This document shows, piece by piece, positions 1-8,609 of a stretch of 64,000 nucleotides of DNA; within the stretch, counting starts at the first letter, position 1; each line of letters opens with the position of its first letter. Below the pieces are notes generated by a model, which made no database searches, was not told where the DNA came from, and saw nothing but the letters and a program-made list of their open reading frames with translations. A program made the translations under genes and the position numbers. Source of the stretch: Vicinamibacteria bacterium (lineage in GTDB: Bacteria > Acidobacteriota > Vicinamibacteria > Marinacidobacterales > SMYC01); the NCBI GenBank assembly GCA_035457705.1, contig DATIBD010000019.1, positions 21,671 to 85,670 on the forward strand. Reading direction: 5' to 3'.

Positions 1-1
1 T

Positions 2-1285
2 TTCGATACCGACGTGGCCGCCGACGGGATCGAAGGGATCGAGAAAGCGGAACGCTTCCGGCCCCAGGTCGTGATCGCGGACCTGGTGATGCCCCGCATG
101 GACGGACTGGAGCTCCTGAAGAACCTATCGCCGGAGCTCGACCATCTCGCCGTCGTCATGTTGACCGCCAAGGGCAGCATATCGACCGCGGTCGAGGCGA
201 TGAAGAACGGTGCCTTCGACTACCTGACCAAGCCGGTCGATACCCGCCAGCTTCGCCAGTTGCTCGATCGGGCCGTCGAGCGAACGAAGGCCTTCGACGA
301 GGTCGAACGTTATCGAATGGAGCTTGGCGAGAGCGGGTCCTTCGGGGAAATCGTCGGGACGAGCCGTCCGATGAGGGAGCTGTACGAGCTCATGGGCCAG
401 GTCGCGCCATCCGCGGCGTCGGTTCTCATCGTGGGAGAGTCGGGCACCGGAAAGGAGCTCGTGGCACGCACCCTGCACGCACTTTCGACGCGGCGGGACT
501 CGGAGTTCGTAGCGGTCAACTGCGCCGCAATTCCCGAGACCCTGCTCGAGAGTGAGATCTTTGGGCACGAACGGGGCGCGTTCACCGGCGCGGAAGCGCG
601 CCGTCAGGGCTTGTTCGAAGCCGCCGACGGAGGAACGCTGTTTCTCGACGAAGTGATCGAGATGTCGCCCGCCACGCAAGCCAAGCTGCTCCGAGTGCTC
701 GAGGACAGAAGGTTCCGCCGGCTCGGGGGCGCGGAGGAGATTCAAGCGGACGTGCGTGTGCTCGCTGCCACCAACCGTGGGCCGGAGCGCGCCCTCGAGG
801 AAGGCAAGCTTCGCGAGGACCTCTACTATCGGCTCAACGTGTTCACCCTCGAGCTTCCGCCGCTTCGCGAGCGCCAGGAGGATCTTCCGGCACTCGTCGC
901 TTCCTTCGTTCGGGAGGTGAGCCAGCGCGACAAGAAGCGCATCGAGGGTTTCGACGGCGAAGCGATGGCCGCGCTCCAAGCCTATCCCTGGCCCGGAAAC
1001 GTCCGCGAGCTGCGCAACGTCGTGGAGCGGTCGGTCATCGTGGCGAAAGGTTCTGTCATCGGCCTCTCTGACCTTCCTCCCTTCATTGCCGATCCGGGTG
1101 CGAGGGTACGGTCGTCATCCGGAGTGGAGCTACCGGTCGGCACCACAGTCGAACAGGCGGAGCGTAACTTGATTCTCCGGACGCTCGAAGCGACCGGTCA
1201 CAACAAGACGCGCGCGGCCGACCTTTTGGGAATCAGTCTCAAGACCCTGCACAACAAGCTCAAGAAGTACCGCGAGTCACCTTGA
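2..1285 (+). CDS. sigma-54-dependent response regulator, NtrC family (5' end cut by window edge)
   Basis: The frame is open to the window edge. Receiver remnant: [32 protein letters not shown]+ sigma-54 interaction module: Walker [15 protein letters not shown] loop (HERGAFTGA), Walker B LFLDEV. C-terminal Fis-type HTH: [21 protein letters not shown]. Confidence 0.93.
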   Translation, partial: FDTDVAADGIEGIEKAERFRPQVVIADLVMPRMDGLELLKNLSPELDHLAVVMLTAKGSISTAVEAMKNGAFDYLTKPVDTRQLRQLLDRAVERTKAFDEVERYRMELGESGSFGEIVGTSRPMRELYELMGQVAPSAASVLIVGESGTGKELVARTLHALSTRRDSEFVAVNCAAIPETLLESEIFGHERGAFTGAEARRQGLFEAADGGTLFLDEVIEMSPATQAKLLRVLEDRRFRRLGGAEEIQADVRVLAATNRGPERALEEGKLREDLYYRLNVFTLELPPLRERQEDLPALVASFVREVSQRDKKRIEGFDGEAMAALQAYPWPGNVRELRNVVERSVIVAKGSVIGLSDLPPFIADPGARVRSSSGVELPVGTTVEQAERNLILRTLEATGHNKTRAADLLGISLKTLHNKLKKYRESP

Positions 1286-1296
1286 AGAGCGAGTAA

Positions 1297-3093
1297 GTGG
1301 GGTTCCGTGGAAAACAGATCGTCACTTTGACGCTCGTTGCCGCGGTCGTCGCCGGGGCGACGAGTCTCGCGAACCTCGTGGTGCTCGCGCGAGTTTCGGT
1401 CACCGAAACCCGGTCGAGCGCCGAGCTCCTCGCCGAGACGCTCTACCACCAGGCGTCCCGGGTCATTCGCAAGCATCCGCGCGACGAGATCGAGAACGCG
1501 CTCACCTCGGATGCTTCACTCGAGAACTACGCGCAGGGCGTCGTCGGCTACTCCTCGACGGTCATGTACGTCGCGATCACCAACGAGAAAGAGGTCGCCT
1601 TGGTACACAGCGACCCGTCCCGAAAGGGCCGGCCGGTCGCGGCGACGCCATCGCTCGCGAGCCTCGCCGAAGAAGATCCTCTGTCGCAGCTCTGGCATCT
1701 GAGTCGGGGCCACCGGGTCCTCGAGGTGGCGATTCCTTTCGATGTCGACGGGGTGCGGTTCGGCGCGGTACGGGTCGCGATCTCCACACTGCTCCTCACC
1801 GAGGCCATCTCCGGCGCTCTGGCGAGAAACGTCCTCCTGGCCACGAGCGCCGTTCTCGTGGCGTTCGTTGCTTCGTTCTATCTGGCGAACCGGCTCCTCG
1901 CTCCCATCGAGAGGCTCCGGCGCGAGCTCGGACGCTTCGACCCCGGGGAGGGCAAGCCGCCGCTCGACCTCAGAGACGAGGCCGACGTGAGTCGGATCGC
2001 CGAATTCTTCTCCACCATGAGCCAGAGGCTTGCCGAGAGGAGCTCCCGCGACCCGGAATCGAGCTGGCTTCCCGCGATGCTCGGCGGGCTGACGGACGCC
2101 GTCTTGGTGGTGAGCGCCGAAGGTCGGGTCCTCTCCCTGAATGCGCCAGCGGAAAAGCTCCTCGGTCGGCCTCGCGACGAGCTCCAGGGCAGGCCACTCG
2201 AAGAGATCCTGCCCGCCGACCACCCCGTGGTGGACATCGCGTCCAAGGCCATGCACGCCAGCGAGCCCGTTGGGCCTTTCAACGCGAAGATCGAGAACGG
2301 AGGACGGCCAGTCATCTACTCCCTTCAGGCCCAGGTGCTCCGCGATGCGAGCGGGATCTCGGGCGTGATGGTGAGCGCGAGAGACATCGAGAGGCTCGCT
2401 CGGCTCGGCTCGCAGCTCTCCTATTCGCAAAAGCTCGCGGCCCTCGGCCGTTTGACGTCGGGCATCGCCCACGAGATCAAGAATCCGCTGAACGCGATGG
2501 TGATACACGTCGCCTTGCTCAGAGAAAAGTTCGCTCGAGCCTCACCCGAGACCCAGGCGTCCCTCGATACGCTCGAGCAGGAGATCCGCCGGCTCGATCG
2601 GGTAATCCAAGGATTTCTCCGGTTCACGAGACCCGAGGATCTCCGGCTGACCTCTGTCGAGATGGGAGAGCTGGTGGAGGAGGTCGCGCGACTCGTTTCG
2701 GCCGAGGCCCAAGCCGGCAAGATCGAGATTGTGACCGACGTGCCCGAGGGGCTTCCCCCGGTCTACGGCGACCGGGAGCTCCTGCAGCAGGCTCTTCTCA
2801 ACCTCGTGCGCAACGCCTGCGAAGCGATGCCTCGAGGGGGCAAACTCAGTCTCGTCGTCAGGCCGGCGGAAGAGGGCGTGGAGATCTGCGTATCGGACAA
2901 CGGAGTCGGTATCGAGCCTGATTTGATCGACCGCATCTTCGATCTCTACGTCACGACGAAGTCCAAGGGGAGCGGGATCGGGCTCTCCATGGTCTACCGC
3001 ATTGTCCAATTACATGGGGGCGAAATCACGGTAGAATCTACTAAGGGCAAGGGGTCCCAGTTCATCGTACGGCTCCCCGAGCTGTCGACGTGA
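1297..3093 (+). CDS. sensor histidine kinase (TM sensor, PAS, HisKA, HATPase_c)
   Basis: GTG start 11 nt after the regulator stop. N-terminal hydrophobic segments and a PAS-like region (LTDAVLVVSAEGRVLSLNAPAEKLLG). H-box SGIAHEIKNPLNAM, N box LVRNACEAM, G boxes SDNGVGI and GSGIGLS. Confidence 0.9.
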   Translation: MGFRGKQIVTLTLVAAVVAGATSLANLVVLARVSVTETRSSAELLAETLYHQASRVIRKHPRDEIENALTSDASLENYAQGVVGYSSTVMYVAITNEKEVALVHSDPSRKGRPVAATPSLASLAEEDPLSQLWHLSRGHRVLEVAIPFDVDGVRFGAVRVAISTLLLTEAISGALARNVLLATSAVLVAFVASFYLANRLLAPIERLRRELGRFDPGEGKPPLDLRDEADVSRIAEFFSTMSQRLAERSSRDPESSWLPAMLGGLTDAVLVVSAEGRVLSLNAPAEKLLGRPRDELQGRPLEEILPADHPVVDIASKAMHASEPVGPFNAKIENGGRPVIYSLQAQVLRDASGISGVMVSARDIERLARLGSQLSYSQKLAALGRLTSGIAHEIKNPLNAMVIHVALLREKFARASPETQASLDTLEQEIRRLDRVIQGFLRFTRPEDLRLTSVEMGELVEEVARLVSAEAQAGKIEIVTDVPEGLPPVYGDRELLQQALLNLVRNACEAMPRGGKLSLVVRPAEEGVEICVSDNGVGIEPDLIDRIFDLYVTTKSKGSGIGLSMVYRIVQLHGGEITVESTKGKGSQFIVRLPELST

Positions 3094-3686
3094 GTGCGGA
3101 CCACGGTCCGGATATGCGCGCTGGAACGACGAGTCGTATTGTCACACTCGGTCTGATGTCGGGTGTCCTGGGCCTGCTATCGGCCTGCGCGAAGGACGTC
3201 AAGGCGAATTTCCCCAGGCCTCCGGCCTCGGCTTCCGTAGTACCGCCCGAGCGCGACGAGCCGGATACCCCGGAGGTGGCGGAGCCCGAGAGCGAGCCGC
3301 AGCCCGACGCCGACGAGACCGAGACGGTCGTCGAGGCCGTGGAGCCCGTGCCCCCTCCCGAGGAGCCGCCCCGTCATGCCCCGAAGCCCACTCCTCCAGA
3401 GCCTGAATCCGCGGAGCCCGAAAAGCCGCCTCCTTCGACACAGCTCACGGGCACCGGTGAGACCAGCCCCGAGCTCGTGTCGAAGCTGCAGCGGGCGGGA
3501 TCCCTCCTGAGTGCCATCGGGGAACGAGCGCTGTCATCGCCCCAGAAGGACCAGCTCATCGCGGCCCGCTCTTTCGTATCCCAGGCGCGCCAGGCCCTTG
3601 CCGACGGAGACGAGAGGCGAGCTCTCGTTCTCATCGACAAGGGGCTCATCCTTGCCGTGGACGTCGAGCGCAGCAGCCGTCCCTGA
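3090..3686 (+). CDS. Pro/Glu-rich putative lipoprotein, function unknown
   Basis: Its start overlaps the kinase stop (GTGA). A hydrophobic stretch ends in a lipobox-like LLSAC. The middle is long Pro/Glu/Ala-rich low complexity and the C-terminus is helical. An alternative ATG lies at 3114. No enzymatic motif recognised. Confidence 0.55.
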   Translation: MSADHGPDMRAGTTSRIVTLGLMSGVLGLLSACAKDVKANFPRPPASASVVPPERDEPDTPEVAEPESEPQPDADETETVVEAVEPVPPPEEPPRHAPKPTPPEPESAEPEKPPPSTQLTGTGETSPELVSKLQRAGSLLSAIGERALSSPQKDQLIAARSFVSQARQALADGDERRALVLIDKGLILAVDVERSSRP

Positions 3687-3840
3687 CCCCGGGCCTTGGG
3701 CCCGGAGCGCGTCCTCTGCCCGAGAGGGAAGCGACAAAAAAAGTCACTCGCGTTCGAATCTGTTACACCGTGCCGCGGCTCTTCCCAGCGTGTGGGCGAC
3801 GTCTTCGTTGTTTTTCAGGGTCTTATAGAGAACCGCCTTC

Positions 3841-3856
3841 TTGGAACGCCCTTTGC
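3841..3856 (+). promoter_or_regulatory. candidate sigma-54 (-24/-12) promoter
   Basis: tggaacgccctttgct reads as TGGAAC-N5-TTGC, with the canonical GG-N10-GC spacing. It lies 30 nt upstream of the GTG at 3886 and just downstream of an NtrC-type activator operon. Confidence 0.4.
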
Positions 3857-3885
3857 TTGCGATCAGGGATAGAGACTCAGAAAAC

Positions 3886-4254
3886 GTGGACAGGGATACG
3901 GACACCACCGCGAAACGGATCCTCGTCGTCGAAGACGACACGGTCGTGAGGACCAGCCTGACGAGAATTCTGGAGCGCGCGGGTTTCGACGTCGTCGCCG
4001 TCGCGGAATATGGTCGCGCTCGCGATCTCGTCGAAGCGGAGCTCTTCCACGCGCTCATCACTGACCTGGACCTGCCGGATGGCACCGGGTTGGACCTTCT
4101 GGAATCGGTTCGCCACCTCCGCCCGGGAATGCGATCGATCCTGATCACGGGCTACGGCTGCAGCGCGATCCGCAAACAAGCCTTCGAGCTCGAGCACGTG
4201 GCCTATTTCGAGAAGCCATTCGACCCCCGCGAGCTCCTGGCGGCCCTGGATTAA
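3886..4254 (+). CDS. single-domain response regulator (CheY-like receiver)
   Basis: ILVVEDD, phospho-acceptor context ALITDLDLPDGTG, ILITGY, conserved Lys in FEKPF. The longest ORF starts at TTG 3841, but that codon sits inside the putative sigma-54 promoter, so GTG 3886 is preferred. Confidence 0.8.
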   Translation: MDRDTDTTAKRILVVEDDTVVRTSLTRILERAGFDVVAVAEYGRARDLVEAELFHALITDLDLPDGTGLDLLESVRHLRPGMRSILITGYGCSAIRKQAFELEHVAYFEKPFDPRELLAALD

Positions 4255-4857
4255 CTAGCTGCCCTCGGTGGAGATCTCGAGGCGGTCGTCGACGTTCCGC
4301 ACGCCCTCGACACTCTCGACGCGAACCAGGATTCTTTGGCGAAGCTCCTCGCTGGGAACGGATCCGCTCAAGCTCACCGTGCCTGCCGAGACGGAAACAT
4401 CGAGGTCGAGCTTGCGCAGCTCCCGGTCGAGGTGGAGCGCCGCCCGGATCTTGGCGAGCAGAGCGAAGTCGTCGAGCCGCTTGCCGAGGCTTTTTTCTTC
4501 TCTCCCGGAAGGCTCGGATCGCTCGGCGGGATCGACGGTGAGCTCGTTCTCGACCTTCGCGACGCCGGCGACGTGGCCCGCGAGCTCCGATGCGGCCTCC
4601 TTCTCCTCGAGGCTTCGGACGCGACCGCTCAGCCTCACCGTACCCTCGTCAGCCGAAACATGAAGCTCTCGCCGGGACAAGTCCTGGTGAAGGGCGATAG
4701 CGGCCTTGACCGAGCCCATCACTGTGGCGTCCTCTATGGCACGCTCGACGAGCGGCAAATGCCCCGAGCGGTAGAGGTGGTAGACCGAGAGCGCGGCGGC
4801 CGCGAGGAGCAGGAAAAGAACTCCCCGGAGGATCAGCCGAGCGAGCGCGCCCATCAT
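4255..4857 (-). CDS. membrane-anchored BON-domain protein (OsmY-like, two BON repeats)
   Basis: N-terminal hydrophobic anchor (VLFLLLAAAALSV). Two BON-type repeats follow: VKAAIAL...VSADEGTVRLSGRV...VAGVAKVENELTV and AKIRAAL...VSVSAGTVSLSGSV...VEGVRNVDDRLEI. Confidence 0.8.
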   Translation of the reverse strand: MMGALARLILRGVLFLLLAAAALSVYHLYRSGHLPLVERAIEDATVMGSVKAAIALHQDLSRRELHVSADEGTVRLSGRVRSLEEKEAASELAGHVAGVAKVENELTVDPAERSEPSGREEKSLGKRLDDFALLAKIRAALHLDRELRKLDLDVSVSAGTVSLSGSVPSEELRQRILVRVESVEGVRNVDDRLEISTEGS

Positions 4858-4917
4858 GATTTCTCTCGACGGCCCAAGCTTATCGTAGCGTGCCGCGGCG
4901 AGCGAGCGTGTCTATAA

Positions 4918-6402
4918 TTGGGGCCTATGCAAGAAATGAGAACCTTGGGCGAGCTCTCCAAATCGAGCTACGGCGAAAATCGCGATCGCAGGGTGCGAGA
5001 CGAGATTCGCGAGAATCTGATCCGAAGGATGGGTGCCGGAGAGGAGCTCTTTCCCGGCATCGTCGGCTACGAGGAATCGGTGATCCCGCAGATCGTGAAC
5101 GCGCTCCTCTCGCGACACCATTTCATTCTGCTCGGGCTCCGCGGACAGGCGAAGACGCGGATCATTCGCGGCCTCGCAGGCTTTCTCGACGAGAAGATTC
5201 CCGTGATCGAAGGCTGCGAGATTCACGACGACCCCTACCGGCCGATCTGCCTCGCCTGCCGGAGACTCGTGAGCGAGCGCGGGGACGAGACTCCGATTCG
5301 ATGGTTGCCTCGAGAAGCCCGCTATGTAGAGAAGCTCGCGACGCCGGACGTTACCATCGCCGACATGATAGGCGATCTCGACCCGATTCGCGCGGCGAAG
5401 AGCGGCCTGCATCTGTCGGATGAGCTCACCATCCATTACGGTCTGGTCCCGCGGGCCCACCGTGGGATCTTCGCCATCAACGAGCTTCCCGACCTGGCTG
5501 CGAAGATTCAAGTGGGTCTGTTCAACATCCTCCAGGAGGGAGACGTCCAGATCAAAGGCTATCCGGTACGCCTGCCGCTCGATCTGCTCATGGTGTTCAC
5601 CGCCAATCCCGAGGACTACACCGCGCGCGGCCGCACCATTACGCCGCTGAAGGATCGCATTGGAGCGGAGATCCGCACCCATTACCCGGCGACGCTCGAG
5701 CAGGGAGTCGCGATTACGCGCAGCGAGGCCTGGACGGATCGAACGAAACAGGGCACTCCCGTCGTGATTCCCTATTACCTGCGGGAGATCGTGGAAGAGG
5801 TCGCCATTCAGGCCCGCAGCGATCGGCGCGTGGACAAACGTTCGGGAGTGAGCCAGAGGCTGCCCATCACTCTTCTGGAAAGCGTCGTCTCGAACGCAGA
5901 ACGGCGTGCGTTTCTCGATGGTGACGATGCCGCCGTGCCGAGAGTGTCTGACATCTATGCGTCGCTTCCCGCCATTACCGGCAAGCTCGAGCTCGAGTAC
6001 GAGGGTGAGCTCAAGGGCCCCGAAGCCATAGCGCGGGATCTGATCCGTCGTGCGGTGGGCAGAATCTTCCAGAAATACGCGAGCGGGGCGGATTTTACTC
6101 CGGTGGTCGAGTGGTTCGACCGAGGAGGCTACCTTCGCCTTCCCGACTCCGGCTCCGCGAGCGACGCGCTGCGTTCGCTTCGCCAGATTCCGGGGCTGCT
6201 CGAGCGTACGTCCATCGTGAACGCCGACGAAAAGACGTCCGCCGGCCAGCGTCTTGCCGCCGCCGAGTTTCTTCTCGAAGGGCTGGTGGGTCTGAAGCGG
6301 GTCTCCCGCAGCGAGGAGCGTGGTTATCATGGAAGCGAAGAGCGTCGTACCGAGATTGGCTACGAGGACGCGATCGACAGCCAGAAGACGCATCTGAACT
6401 AG
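4918..6402 (+). CDS. AAA+ ATPase, Mg-chelatase ChlI/BchI-like family
   Basis: IVGYEESVIPQIVNALLSRHHFILLGLRGQAKT (P-loop-like) and GIFAINELPDL (Walker B-like), in the overall ChlI-like order. The true start may be ATG 4927. Confidence 0.72.
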   Translation: MGPMQEMRTLGELSKSSYGENRDRRVRDEIRENLIRRMGAGEELFPGIVGYEESVIPQIVNALLSRHHFILLGLRGQAKTRIIRGLAGFLDEKIPVIEGCEIHDDPYRPICLACRRLVSERGDETPIRWLPREARYVEKLATPDVTIADMIGDLDPIRAAKSGLHLSDELTIHYGLVPRAHRGIFAINELPDLAAKIQVGLFNILQEGDVQIKGYPVRLPLDLLMVFTANPEDYTARGRTITPLKDRIGAEIRTHYPATLEQGVAITRSEAWTDRTKQGTPVVIPYYLREIVEEVAIQARSDRRVDKRSGVSQRLPITLLESVVSNAERRAFLDGDDAAVPRVSDIYASLPAITGKLELEYEGELKGPEAIARDLIRRAVGRIFQKYASGADFTPVVEWFDRGGYLRLPDSGSASDALRSLRQIPGLLERTSIVNADEKTSAGQRLAAAEFLLEGLVGLKRVSRSEERGYHGSEERRTEIGYEDAIDSQKTHLN

Positions 6403-6404
6403 CC

Positions 6405-7664
6405 ATGAGCAGAACGAAGTACAGCCGATACACTCCCGATCCGTTCGACGATCTGTCGATGTCCGATTTGATCGACGAGCTCTCGGACTATTTGCTCCAG
6501 AGCGGCTTTGCCGATCCTTTCGGATTCACCGAGCTGTCCGATCACACGATGCAGGCGCTTCGCGAGGCCGTGCTTCGGGCGCTGCTTCGCGAGGGAAGGC
6601 TCACGCGACAGGACATCGACCGTCTCATGGGAGATGCCGAGAATTTCGAGGACTCCGAGCTCCGGGAATTTCTGGATCGTCTGATCCAGCGGATGCAGGA
6701 CGAGGGATACATCCGCGTGAGCGAGCCGAACCCGGACTTGACCGCTGCCGGTGACCCCGATGCGAACGAGCTCGGTGACGTGTCTCCGCCACGGTCGGGC
6801 CCCCGTTTCGAGCTGACCGACAAATCGATCGACTTCCTGGGATTCAAGTCGTTGAGAGGACTCCTGGGTGGGCTGGGAAAAGCGAGCTTCGGCCAGCACG
6901 AGACGAAAGAGCTCGCGACCGGCGTCGAGGTCGTGGGTAGCTCGAAGCCCTACGAGTTCGGCGACACGCTCAACCTGGACGTGGGCGCGACTTTGCTTTC
7001 CGCCGTCAGCCGCAACGGACTCGGAGTTCCGGTGGATCTCGGCTATCAGGATCTTCACGTGCATCAATCCGAATACCGGAGCTCGTGCGCGACGGTCCTG
7101 ATGCTCGATTGCAGTCACAGTATGATCCTCTACGGCGAGGATCGGTTCACTCCGGCAAAACGAGTGACGCTGGCGCTCGCACACCTCATCCGAACGCAGT
7201 TTCCCGGTGACAACCTGCATCTGGTCCTGTTTCACGATAGTGCCGAGGAAGTCCCCATGACCCGTCTCGCGTCGGTGCGGGTGGGGCCGTTCCACACCAA
7301 CACGGCCGAGGGGCTTCGGTTGGCCCAGGAGATTTTGCTTCGCGACCGGTCGGATATGCGGCAGATCATCATGATTACCGACGGAAAGCCCTCGGCGCTG
7401 ACGCTCGAGGATGGCCGCATTTACAAGAACCCGTTCGGCCTGGATCCACTCATTCTGGATCAGACCTTCAAGCAAGTCGTCGAGTGCCGCCGCAAGGGAA
7501 TCCTGATCAACACGTTCATGCTCGCTCGCGACTACTCACTCGTCGGCTTCGTCAAGAAGGTTACCGAAATCGTCAAAGGTAAGGCCTACTTCACCACCCC
7601 CGCGTCGCTCGGCCAGTACGTCTTGATGGACTACGTCAACAAGAAGATGAAGACGGTGCACTAG
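6405..7664 (+). CDS. von Willebrand factor A (vWA) domain protein, partner of the ChlI-like ATPase
   Basis: ATG 6405 lies 3 nt after the ATPase stop. The longest ORF from 6111 overlaps the ATPase and is rejected. MIDAS-type DxSxS in [10 protein letters not shown], plus IMITDGKPS. Confidence 0.75.
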   Translation: MSRTKYSRYTPDPFDDLSMSDLIDELSDYLLQSGFADPFGFTELSDHTMQALREAVLRALLREGRLTRQDIDRLMGDAENFEDSELREFLDRLIQRMQDEGYIRVSEPNPDLTAAGDPDANELGDVSPPRSGPRFELTDKSIDFLGFKSLRGLLGGLGKASFGQHETKELATGVEVVGSSKPYEFGDTLNLDVGATLLSAVSRNGLGVPVDLGYQDLHVHQSEYRSSCATVLMLDCSHSMILYGEDRFTPAKRVTLALAHLIRTQFPGDNLHLVLFHDSAEEVPMTRLASVRVGPFHTNTAEGLRLAQEILLRDRSDMRQIIMITDGKPSALTLEDGRIYKNPFGLDPLILDQTFKQVVECRRKGILINTFMLARDYSLVGFVKKVTEIVKGKAYFTTPASLGQYVLMDYVNKKMKTVH

Positions 7665-7751
7665 CCCACTTCGCCATTTGCCGGAATCTCGCCCGGGCCG
7701 CTATCATGGGCGACGTAAATCCGTTTCAATCGAGCGAGGGAGCTTCTTCTC

Positions 7752-8132
7752 ATGTCCAAGGACTGGCAGGGCAACGAGCGCCGCAGCAACCCGCGGATTC
7801 CCATGAGCCGAGCCAAAGGCGCCGTCGAGACCAGGGAAGCCGCGATCGTCGACATCTCTCTCTCGGGGGCTCTCCTCGAGGTATCCTCCGCGCTGCCATC
7901 GAGCGCGCGCTGCGTGTTGAAGCTCTATCTCGACAAAGAGACCCTCGACCTCTCCGGTGAGGTGGTTCGAAGCTATGTTCACGGCTTCGACAAGGCCGGA
8001 GCCGGACTTCCCTCGGTCAAGTATCGGGCCGCATTGAAGTTCGCCGAGGTGAAGGACGAAGAGCGGGTGAAGCTCGAGAAATTCCTCGACGGTCGCGGTG
8101 ACGGCGGCCTCCGGGTGGAGCTGTCAACATAG
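7752..8132 (+). CDS. PilZ domain protein (c-di-GMP receptor type)
   Basis: RxxxR (ERRSNPR) followed by D/NxSxxG (DISLSGA), in a 126-aa single-domain protein. Confidence 0.8.
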   Translation: MSKDWQGNERRSNPRIPMSRAKGAVETREAAIVDISLSGALLEVSSALPSSARCVLKLYLDKETLDLSGEVVRSYVHGFDKAGAGLPSVKYRAALKFAEVKDEERVKLEKFLDGRGDGGLRVELST

Positions 8133-8351
8133 AGCTCCGGCTCGGGTGCCCTCTTCACACAATGGCGCCAGCAATTTGCGCGGAGACAAACGACGTGCCT
8201 ATTATGCGTTCAGAGTGGGTTGAGGGTCACGCCGATACTTACTGAATGAGACTGGGACCACAAGCTACGGCCCTCTAGGGCCAGCCAACTTCATCAAAAT
8301 CCGCTTCGTGCTTCAACCCCCCAATCGTAATCCCTCGCCCACTCATCAGTC

Positions 8352-8380
8352 TTGACCGCGAGTTACCGCTTCGCTAGGAT
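8352..8380 (+). promoter_or_regulatory. candidate sigma-70 promoter of tRNA-Ala
   Basis: TTGACC, 17-nt spacer, TAGGAT. The -10 element ends 19 nt before the mature tRNA 5' end. Confidence 0.4.
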
Positions 8381-8399
8381 CAAGTCTCCGCGCACGCGT

Positions 8400-8475
8400 G
8401 GGGCTGTGGCGCAGCTGGGAGCGCGCCTGAATGGCATTCAGGAGGTCACGGGTTCGATCCCCGTCAGCTCCACCA
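8400..8475 (+). tRNA. tRNA-Ala (anticodon GGC)
   Basis: 76-nt cloverleaf folded by hand. Acceptor GGGGCTG/CAGCTCC with the G3:U70 alanine identity pair. D arm GCGC-AGCTGGGA-GCGC. Anticodon arm CCTGA-ATGGCAT-TCAGG. T arm ACGGG-TTCGATC-CCCGT. CCA is encoded. Confidence 0.92.
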
Positions 8476-8609
8476 ACCTTCGCTCGACGACGTACTGGGA
8501 AGCGCCGAGCTACGGCTAGGTAAACCAACTTCCCGAGCGAAGGCTGTCTCGCCGTAGCCCGAAGGGCGAAGGCGGGCCGGAGGTTGGATCCCACAACCGT
8601 CCTTCGGCT

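Noticed and set aside
462-477. TGGCAC-N5-CTGC sigma-54-like match
   Set aside because: It lies inside the AAA+ domain coding sequence of the NtrC-like gene, and its -12 element is CTGC rather than TTGC. This is most likely a chance occurrence.
4912-6393. 493-aa ORF antisense to the ChlI-like ATPase
   Set aside because: The same GC-shadow pattern. The sense strand carries recognisable AAA+ motifs and is coupled to the vWA gene.
8262-8537. Motif AGCTACGGC..TAGG..CCAACTT on both sides of tRNA-Ala considered as att-type direct repeats of an integrated element
   Set aside because: The match is short and gapped (about 21 shared nt). It does not include the tRNA 3' end, and only the tRNA itself lies between the copies, with no cargo. 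It may just reflect local hairpin-forming sequence.
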